Source: Nioella sp. (GTDB lineage Bacteria; Pseudomonadota; Alphaproteobacteria; Rhodobacterales; Rhodobacteraceae). From it: 64,000 nucleotides of DNA. The translations under genes were made by a program, and so were the position numbers. Under the pieces are notes generated by a model, which saw only the letters and a list, made by a program, of their open reading frames with translations, was not told the origin of the DNA and searched no databases. Positions within the stretch are counted from its first letter, which is position 1; each line of letters opens with the position of its first letter. The stretch covers positions 39,235 through 103,234 of the forward strand of contig NZ_CAXREX010000182.1 in the NCBI RefSeq assembly GCF_964229645.1, in the 5' to 3' direction. Of the stretch, positions 57,352 to 64,000 are shown one piece after another.

Positions 57352-57384
57352 AAATTCGGCAAGGATCGCTCCGCTGCGTCGATG

Positions 57385-57429
57385 TTGACACTGTCTGGCG
57401 GCAGGATGTAAAATCTAACAAGTGGTAGA
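57385..57429 (+). promoter_or_regulatory. Sigma70-type promoter TTGACA-N18-TAAAAT with operator TCTAACA-AG-TGGTAGA (57414-57429) over the predicted start site
   Basis: TTGACA at 57385-57390 and TAAAAT at 57409-57414. The 1-mismatch palindrome follows immediately. Confidence 0.75.
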
Positions 57430-57483
57430 AAATGGACCGGCGCGCGACTCATGTCGCCCGGCTCGAACGCGGGAGCGAGAGAA

Positions 57484-58668
57484 ATGTCAGAGAAAGCCCA
57501 TGTCGTCGGCGTCGGGATGGTGCCGTTCCAGAAGCCGGGAAAATCCGACAGCTATGATGTCATGGCAATTGCGGCCACCCGCTCCGCGCTGGCCGACGCG
57601 GGGCTGGATTATGGCAAGATCGAGCAGGCCTATGTGGGCTATGTCTACGGCGACAGCACCTGCGGCCAGCGCGCCCTGTACCAGGTCGGCATGACCGGCA
57701 TTCCGGTCGTGAACGTGAACAACAACTGCTCGACCGGGTCATCCGCCCTGTTCCTGGCCCGCCAGGCCGTCGAAAGCGGCGCGGTGGACTGCGCTCTGGC
57801 GCTTGGATTCGAACAGATGCAGCCCGGCGCCATCGGCGCGATGTTCCATGACCGAGTCAGCCCGTTTGCGGCGTTTGACGAAGAAACCGACGACCTCGTG
57901 GGCAATCCGGAGATCCCGCTGGCGCTTCGCTATTTCGGCGGCGCCGGCAAGGCGCATATGGAGGAGTTCGGCACACCGCTGGAAACCTTCGCGAAAATCC
58001 GCGCCAAGGCCAGCCGCCATGCGGCCAAAAACCCGGTGGCCCTGTTCCGGCAGGAGGTAACACCCGAAGATGTCATGGCCGCGCAGGTCGTCTGGCCCGG
58101 CGTGATGACCAAGCTGATGGCCTGCCCGCCGACCTGCGGCGCGGCTGCGGCAATCGTCTGTTCCAAGGAATTTGCCGACAAGCACGGCCTCGACAGCTCG
58201 GTGCGGATCGCGGCTCAGGCCATGACGACGGACGGCCCGGAAACCTTCGATGCGCACGACATGCGCGAGGTGGTCGGCTTCTCGATGGCCAAGCGCGCCG
58301 CCGATCAGGTCTATGAGGCCGCGGGCATCGGGCCGGACGACGTGGACGTGATCGAACTGCACGATTGCTTTGCCCATAACGAGCTTATCACCTACGAGGC
58401 GCTTGGCCTGTGCGGACGCGGCGAGGCGGCGAAATTCGTCGACGACGGCGACAACACCTATGGCGGGAAATACGTGACAAACCCCTCCGGTGGTCTGTTG
58501 TCCAAGGGCCATCCGCTCGGAGCAACGGGCCTTGCGCAATGCACCGAGCTTGTCCAGCAACTGCGCGGCCAGGCCGATGCGCGTCAGGTCGACGGCGCGC
58601 GTCTGGCGCTTCAGCACAATCTGGGCCTCGGCGGGGCCTGTGTGACCACGCTTTATGAAAAAGTCTGA
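57484..58668 (+). CDS. SCP-x-type thiolase (lipid-transfer protein family)
   Basis: NVNNNCSTGS, LALGFEQM, ELHDCFAHNE, SGGLLSKGHPLGATG and QHNLGLGG motifs. Confidence 0.92.
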   Translation: MSEKAHVVGVGMVPFQKPGKSDSYDVMAIAATRSALADAGLDYGKIEQAYVGYVYGDSTCGQRALYQVGMTGIPVVNVNNNCSTGSSALFLARQAVESGAVDCALALGFEQMQPGAIGAMFHDRVSPFAAFDEETDDLVGNPEIPLALRYFGGAGKAHMEEFGTPLETFAKIRAKASRHAAKNPVALFRQEVTPEDVMAAQVVWPGVMTKLMACPPTCGAAAAIVCSKEFADKHGLDSSVRIAAQAMTTDGPETFDAHDMREVVGFSMAKRAADQVYEAAGIGPDDVDVIELHDCFAHNELITYEALGLCGRGEAAKFVDDGDNTYGGKYVTNPSGGLLSKGHPLGATGLAQCTELVQQLRGQADARQVDGARLALQHNLGLGGACVTTLYEKV

Positions 58669-58692
58669 CAGCGCCCTTCGGGAGGACAGACC

Positions 58693-59523
58693 ATGACCGA
58701 CAAACTCGACGGGCGCGTGGCGCTGGTCTCCGGCTCGGGCCGGGGCATCGGGCGGGAGATCGCGCTCAAGCTGGCCTCGGAAGGGGCACGGATCGTGGTC
58801 AACGATCTGGATGCCGACCCGGCCAATGAAACCGCCGAGGCGATCCGTGCCGCCGGCGGCGAAGCCGAGGTCTGCGCCGGCAGCGTGACCGAGGACGGCT
58901 TTGCCGAACGGTTCATCAGGACCGGCGTCGACAGCTTCGGCGGGCTGGACATCATCGTGAACAACGCCGGCTATACCTGGGACAGCGTCGTTCAGAAGAT
59001 GACCGACGAGCAATGGCAGGCGATCATCGACGTGCACCTGACCGCGCCCTTCAGGATCCTGCGCGCCGCCCAGCCGGTGATCAGCGCCAGAGCCAAGGAA
59101 GAAGCCGCCGCCGGGCAAGAGGTGTTCCGCAAGGTGGTCAACATCTCGTCCATCGCGGGCACCGGCGGCAATGCGGGCCAGATCAACTATGCCGCCGCCA
59201 AGGCCGGTATCCTCGGGGTCACCCGGACGATGGCCAAGGAATGGGGCCGTTACAAGGTCAACGTCAATGCCGTGGCCTTCGGGCCGATCCGCACCCGCCT
59301 GACCGAAGGCAGCGCCGATGGCGACAGCACGATCAAGGTCGAGGAAAAGGAAATCAAGGTCGGCGTGAACCCCGATCTGCTGTCCCAGATGGAACGGATG
59401 ATCCCGCTGGGCCGGGTCGGCACACCGCAAGAGGCCGCCGGCGCGGTCTATCTGTTCTGCACCCCTGAATCGAACTTCATCTCGGGCCAGCACATCATCT
59501 GCGGCGGCGGCTTCGTGATCTAG
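58693..59523 (+). CDS. SDR (3-oxoacyl reductase-like)
   Basis: SGSGRGIG, NNAGYTWD and NYAAAKAG motifs. Confidence 0.9.
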   Translation: MTDKLDGRVALVSGSGRGIGREIALKLASEGARIVVNDLDADPANETAEAIRAAGGEAEVCAGSVTEDGFAERFIRTGVDSFGGLDIIVNNAGYTWDSVVQKMTDEQWQAIIDVHLTAPFRILRAAQPVISARAKEEAAAGQEVFRKVVNISSIAGTGGNAGQINYAAAKAGILGVTRTMAKEWGRYKVNVNAVAFGPIRTRLTEGSADGDSTIKVEEKEIKVGVNPDLLSQMERMIPLGRVGTPQEAAGAVYLFCTPESNFISGQHIICGGGFVI

Positions 59524-59574
59524 CACCGGCCGCCCTGGCCGCGTCTTCGGGTCCTGGCTGGCAACTGACATTTC

Positions 59575-59599
59575 CGGGCAGCCGCATGACGGTTGCCCG
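59575..59599. other. GC-rich intergenic hairpin
   Basis: CGGGCAGCCG-catga-CGGTTGCCCG, no U-tract. Possible mRNA stability or processing element. Confidence 0.35.
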
Positions 59600-59622
59600 A
59601 CCTGTAACAGGGTATCCGATCC

Positions 59623-61221
59623 ATGGCGCGTCTCGAAACAACGGTACTCACAGCATCCGAGAGCTACGCCCGCAATCATGCAGCGCAAAGCGACCGCGTC
59701 GAGACCCTGCGCGCGCGGATCGCCGAGGCCACCTCGGGCGGGCGCCCCGACATGGTCGAACGTCACCGCAAGCGCGGCAAGCTTCTGGTCCGCGACCGGA
59801 TCGACCTGCTGGTGGACCCCGGCACCGCGTTTCTGGAGCTGTCCTCGCTCGCAGCCTATGGCCAATACGGCGGCGAGGTTCCCGGCTCCGGGATCGTCAC
59901 CGGCATCGGTATGGTCCATGGGCTGCCCTGCATGGTGATCGCCAATGATGCCACCGTAAAGGGCGGCTCGTTCTACCATGAGACCGTGCAGAAACACATC
60001 CGCGGCCAGGAAATCGCGGCGGAAAACCGGCTGCCCTGCCTCTATCTGGTGGATTGCGGCGGGGCCTATCTGCCCGAACAGGACCGGGTCTTTCCCGGCG
60101 CCCGGCATTTCGGCAATTCCTTCTATCGCCAGACCAACATGTCGGCCAGCGGCTTGCCGCAGATCTCGGCCGTCTTCGGCGGCTGCACGGCGGGCGGGGC
60201 CTATATCCCCGCGCTGTCGGACGAGGTCATCATGGTGCGGGGCAACGCCCGCATCCATCTGGGCGGTCCGTCGATCGTCAAGGTGGCGATCAACGAAGAG
60301 GTCGATGGCGAAACGCTGGGCGGGGCCGAGATGCATGCGCGCGTCTCGGGCGTCTGCGACCATCTGGCCGAGGACGAATACCATGCCCTGGCGCTGATGC
60401 GCGACATCGTCGCCGAGCTTGGCCAATCGCGTCCGATGCAGCCCGACACGGCCCCCGAAGGGCCCTTGCATGACCCGTCCGAATTGCTCGGCATCATCAG
60501 CGCCGACCGCAAGGAACCCTACGACATGCGCGAGGTTCTGCTGCGCATGATCGACGCCGGCGAATTCCGCGAATTCAAGCCCGGCTGGGGCGAAACGCTG
60601 GTCTGCGGCACCGCGCGCATCCACGGCTATCGCGTGGGAATCCTCGCCAATAACGGCGCGCTCTTGTCCGAGAGTTCGCTGAAGGGTGCGCAGTTCGTGT
60701 CGATGTGCGACCAGCGGAACATCCCGCTTCTGTTCCTGCACAACATATCGGGCTTCATGGTCGGGACGGAAGCGGAGCGCGGCGGCATCGCCAAGGACAG
60801 CGCCAAGCTGGTTTATGCCATGTCGGTGGCCAAGGTGCCGCGCCTGTCCGTCCTTCTGGGCGGCTCTTACGGGGCGGGCAATTACGGCATGTGCGGGCGC
60901 GGGTTCGCGCCGAATTTCCTGTTTGCCTGGCCCACGGCGGAACTGGCCACCATGTCCGCCGACATCGCCACCAACGTGATGCTGGAGCTGCGCCGCCAGA
61001 AGGGTGGCGAGCTTGCGAAGCTGGAGGCCGACCTGGCGCAGATCGAGGCGCAGGTGCGCGCCCAGTACGGCGAACAGTCCGACCCCTATTATGCCACCTC
61101 GCGGCTCTGGGACGACGGGCTGATCGAACCAGGCCAGACCCGCGATATTCTGGGCCTGTGCCTGGCCATCGTCTCATCGGTGCCCGGGGCAGGGCGCCAC
61201 ACGCCGGTTTTCAGAATGTGA
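59623..61221 (+). CDS. Acyl-CoA carboxylase carboxyltransferase (MCC-beta/LiuB-like), module 3
   Basis: ANDATVKGG, KHIRGQEIAAENRLP, GCTAGGAY, GSYGAGNYGMCGR and HTPVFRM motifs. Confidence 0.93.
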   Translation: MARLETTVLTASESYARNHAAQSDRVETLRARIAEATSGGRPDMVERHRKRGKLLVRDRIDLLVDPGTAFLELSSLAAYGQYGGEVPGSGIVTGIGMVHGLPCMVIANDATVKGGSFYHETVQKHIRGQEIAAENRLPCLYLVDCGGAYLPEQDRVFPGARHFGNSFYRQTNMSASGLPQISAVFGGCTAGGAYIPALSDEVIMVRGNARIHLGGPSIVKVAINEEVDGETLGGAEMHARVSGVCDHLAEDEYHALALMRDIVAELGQSRPMQPDTAPEGPLHDPSELLGIISADRKEPYDMREVLLRMIDAGEFREFKPGWGETLVCGTARIHGYRVGILANNGALLSESSLKGAQFVSMCDQRNIPLLFLHNISGFMVGTEAERGGIAKDSAKLVYAMSVAKVPRLSVLLGGSYGAGNYGMCGRGFAPNFLFAWPTAELATMSADIATNVMLELRRQKGGELAKLEADLAQIEAQVRAQYGEQSDPYYATSRLWDDGLIEPGQTRDILGLCLAIVSSVPGAGRHTPVFRM

Positions 61222-61231
61222 GGCCAATACC

Positions 61232-62023
61232 ATGACGACCTATGAAACCATTCTGCTTGAGACCGACGCACGAGGCGTCGCCACCGTCACCCTGAACCGA
61301 CCCGACAAGCACAATGCGCTGAACGGCGGCTTGATCGCCGAGTTGACGGACGCCGCCGAAAAACTGGCAGCCGACGACAAGGTGCGCATCGTGGTTCTCA
61401 CCGGCACCGGCAAGAGCTTCTGCGCCGGGGGGGATTTCAACTGGTTCTCGTCGAATATCGACAAGTCCCGCGCCGAGCGGGTCGATCAGAGCGCCACGCT
61501 GGCGCATTTGCTGCGCCGCCTCGACACGCTGCCCAAACCGCTGATCGGGCGGATCAACGGTCCGGCCTATGGCGGCGGGGTCGGCATGATTTCGGTCTGC
61601 GACTACACGATCGGCGCCGAAGGGTCGCGCTTTGGCCTGACCGAGGTCAAACTGGGCCTCCTGCCGGCCAATATCTCGCCCTATGTCGTGGCCCGCATCG
61701 GCAAGGAGCATTCGCGCGAAACCATGCTGTCGGGGGCGCTGTTCGACAGCGCGCGTGCCGAACGGATCGGTCTCTTGACCGAGGTCGTCTCCGCCGATGA
61801 TCTGGACGCGGCCATCGAGCGCGTCGTGCAGGATCACCTTCAGGCCGCGCCGGGGGCCGTGGCCGACACCAAGGCGCTGATCGCCTATGTCGCGGCGCAC
61901 GATCTGGAAACCAACATGATCTACACCGCCGACCGTCTGGCCGACGCCTGGGAAACCGACGAAGGGATCGAAGGCATCGACAGCTTCCTGAAGAAACGCA
62001 CGCCCTCATGGCGGGTGAAATGA
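61232..62023 (+). CDS. Methylglutaconyl-CoA hydratase (LiuC)-like crotonase
   Basis: LNRPDKHNA, YGGGVGMISVCD, TEVKLGLLPANISPYV and FLKKRTPSW motifs. Confidence 0.85.
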   Translation: MTTYETILLETDARGVATVTLNRPDKHNALNGGLIAELTDAAEKLAADDKVRIVVLTGTGKSFCAGGDFNWFSSNIDKSRAERVDQSATLAHLLRRLDTLPKPLIGRINGPAYGGGVGMISVCDYTIGAEGSRFGLTEVKLGLLPANISPYVVARIGKEHSRETMLSGALFDSARAERIGLLTEVVSADDLDAAIERVVQDHLQAAPGAVADTKALIAYVAAHDLETNMIYTADRLADAWETDEGIEGIDSFLKKRTPSWRVK

Positions 62024-64000
62024 GCTTTGCCCGCGTCCTGATCGCCAACCGCGGCGAAATCGCCCGGCGCATCCAGCGCGGGTGCCGCAAGCTTGGGCTG
62101 GAAACGGTCGCGGTCTTTTCCAAGGCCGACCGCGACGCGCCCTTCGTGGCAGAGGCCGATCACGCCGTCTGCATCGGCGGGGCCGCGCCCTCGGAAAGTT
62201 ATCTGAACGTCGGCGCCATTCTGGATGCCGCGCGCAGGACCGGCGCGGGCGCGGTGCATCCCGGCTATGGCTTCCTGTCCGAAAACGCCGGTTTCGCCGG
62301 GGCGGTCCAGGCTGCGGGCCTCGTGTTCATCGGGCCCGAACCCGGCGCGATTGCCATGATGGGATCGAAGATCGAGGCCAAGTCCGCCGCCGAGGCCGCG
62401 GGCGTCCCCGTGCTGCCCGGATATCGCGGCGAAGATCAGTCCGACGCGCGACTGCTCGAAGAGGCGCGGGCGCTTGGCACGCCGTTTCTGGTCAAGGCCA
62501 GCGCAGGCGGCGGCGGGCGCGGCATGCGCCTTGTCACCGATCTGGCCGACGCGCCCGAGGCCATCGCCTCTGCCCGGTCCGAGGCGAAAGGCGCGTTCGG
62601 CGATGCGGCGGTGTTCCTCGAACGCTACGCCCCGCGTGCGCGTCACGTCGAGGTGCAGGTGCTGGGCGACAGTCACGGCACGGTGCTGCATCTAGGGGAT
62701 CGCGACTGTTCGTTGCAACGCAACCACCAGAAGCTGATCGAGGAGGCACCCGCCGCCGATCTGCCCGAGGCCCTGCGCGATGACATGCTGTCGGCGGCGG
62801 TGCGGCTGGCGCAGTCCATAGGGTATCGCTCGGCAGGGACGGTGGAATACCTCTATGACCCGGCGCGCGGCGAATATTACTTCCTCGAAATGAACACCCG
62901 CCTTCAGGTCGAACACCCCGTGACCGAGGCCATCACCGGGATCGACCTTGTCGAATGGCAGTTGCGCATTGCCCGGGGCGAGACATTGGCGCTGACGCAA
63001 TCCGATGTCCAGTTCGACGGACACGCCATCGAGGTCCGCATCGCCGCCGAGAACCCGGCCGAGAATTTCCGCCCCGAGACAGGCCGGATCACCCTCTGGG
63101 CCCCGCCCGCTGGCGTGCGGCTGGATAGCGGCGTCGCGGCAGGCTCGGTCGTCGGCCACCATTACGATTCCATGCTGGCCAAGCTGATCGTCCATGCGCC
63201 CGACCGGGCCGGGGCGATCCGGCAGGCCGTGGCCGCGATTGATGCCTTCGCCGTCGGCGGCGTCGGTCTGAACCTGTCCTATCAGCGCGCCTTGCTGACA
63301 CATGCGGATTTTCAGGCGTTCCGGCACCATACCTCGGGCCTGCCCGACATGTTCCCCGAGGGCTGGGCGCAACCCACTCCCGACGCGCGCGACACGGGCC
63401 TTGCCGTCATGGCGCTGCATCTGCATCTGGCCCCGGCGGGCGCGTCGCCCTGGGAAAGCCTCGGGTCATGGCGGCTTACCGCCCCCGCGGGGCGGCCCGG
63501 TGCTGCGTCCTACTGGGCCACATCCGCGGATGAGCCGATCCGCATGTCCGATGTCCCGGGAGCGCTCGCCGCCGTACTGCCGGACGGCCAGAATATCGAA
63601 GCCGAGGCTCCCGCCCTGACCGGCGACCGCCTGAGCGGACGCATCGACGGCGTTCCTTTCTCGCGCGTCGCCCACATCGAACGCGCCGGTCATCATTGGC
63701 GGGTGCATCTACAGACCCCTGCGGGAATGACTTTGACAGAGCTGCGCACTCTGGAAGATCGGCACCTTGCCCGCGCCAGCGTCGTTGCAGGCGGCGCCGA
63801 CCTGCTGACGGCCCCGATGCCGGGCGCCGTTGCCGAGCTGCGCGTCGCGCCTGGCGACCGCGTCGCCGCCGGTGATACCCTGGTGGTGCTGGAAGCCATG
63901 AAGCTCCTGCAAAGCCTGCCCGCCCCGGTCGCGGGCGTGGTCACCGAGATTTTTTGCGCACCGGGCGACACCGTCGCCGGGCACGCCCCACTCGTCAAAC
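62020..64000 (+). CDS. Acyl-CoA carboxylase alpha subunit (biotin carboxylase + BCCP), module 3; runs off the window
   Basis: Not in the ORF track because it has no stop in the window. ATG 62020 overlaps TGA: MSFARVLIANRGEIA, HPGYGFLSENA, EMNTRLQVEHPVTE. APMPG (63811) is in the same frame, followed by LEAMK. Confidence 0.92.
   Translation, partial: MSFARVLIANRGEIARRIQRGCRKLGLETVAVFSKADRDAPFVAEADHAVCIGGAAPSESYLNVGAILDAARRTGAGAVHPGYGFLSENAGFAGAVQAAGLVFIGPEPGAIAMMGSKIEAKSAAEAAGVPVLPGYRGEDQSDARLLEEARALGTPFLVKASAGGGGRGMRLVTDLADAPEAIASARSEAKGAFGDAAVFLERYAPRARHVEVQVLGDSHGTVLHLGDRDCSLQRNHQKLIEEAPAADLPEALRDDMLSAAVRLAQSIGYRSAGTVEYLYDPARGEYYFLEMNTRLQVEHPVTEAITGIDLVEWQLRIARGETLALTQSDVQFDGHAIEVRIAAENPAENFRPETGRITLWAPPAGVRLDSGVAAGSVVGHHYDSMLAKLIVHAPDRAGAIRQAVAAIDAFAVGGVGLNLSYQRALLTHADFQAFRHHTSGLPDMFPEGWAQPTPDARDTGLAVMALHLHLAPAGASPWESLGSWRLTAPAGRPGAASYWATSADEPIRMSDVPGALAAVLPDGQNIEAEAPALTGDRLSGRIDGVPFSRVAHIERAGHHWRVHLQTPAGMTLTELRTLEDRHLARASVVAGGADLLTAPMPGAVAELRVAPGDRVAAGDTLVVLEAMKLLQSLPAPVAGVVTEIFCAPGDTVAGHAPLVK

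Noticed and set aside
57739-60741. 1000-aa minus-strand ORF and similar long antisense ORFs (e.g. 16455-19025 +, 27471-29519 +, 9976-12039 -, 29383-31197 +, 32672-34399 +)
   Set aside because: They lie antisense to well-supported genes and have no recognisable motifs. They are typical shadow ORFs from high-GC codon bias.
1-64000. CRISPR arrays, tRNA/rRNA, riboswitches, intact transposases or integrases
   Set aside because: No regularly spaced repeats, cloverleaf/rRNA signatures, known aptamer motifs or DDE/recombinase motifs were seen by eye. An Rfam/ISfinder scan would be needed to exclude weak cases.

Overview
GC-rich (roughly mid-60s % by eye, not computed) alphaproteobacterial, Rhodobacteraceae-like DNA. 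Almost all of it is one CoA-dependent catabolic supercluster of about 50 genes. There are no rRNA, tRNA, CRISPR or intact mobile-element genes. Left part (1-22.6 kb): an IclR regulator, a TRAP transporter operon with a self-contained CoA pathway, and a convergent Liv-type ABC operon with an embedded acyl-CoA dehydrogenase, plus a CoA-transferase. Right part (22.8-64 kb): three paralogous MCC-like biotin carboxylase modules, an HMG-CoA-lyase-like enzyme, AtuA/AtuB-like, AliB- and BadH-like (cyclohexanecarboxylate) enzymes, a CpnA-like alicyclic alcohol dehydrogenase, FadH, an SCP-x thiolase, PaaK/PaaY-like genes, four crotonases and three hot-dog thioesterases. The window holds 8 acyl-CoA dehydrogenases in total. 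The strongest unexplained signal is a 16-bp palindrome, TCTAACA-NN-TGTTAGA, found six times and only in intergenic promoter regions. It lies in every divergent promoter region of the right part and over the iclR -35 box. One copy is directly upstream of an unusual single-chain tandem (two-domain) TetR regulator, the likely cognate repressor. Best interpretation (inference): an undescribed regulon for methyl-branched and/or alicyclic (terpenoid-like) acid catabolism. Two gene scars were also found: an AMP-ligase N-terminal remnant and a pRiA4b ORF-3-like C-terminal remnant.
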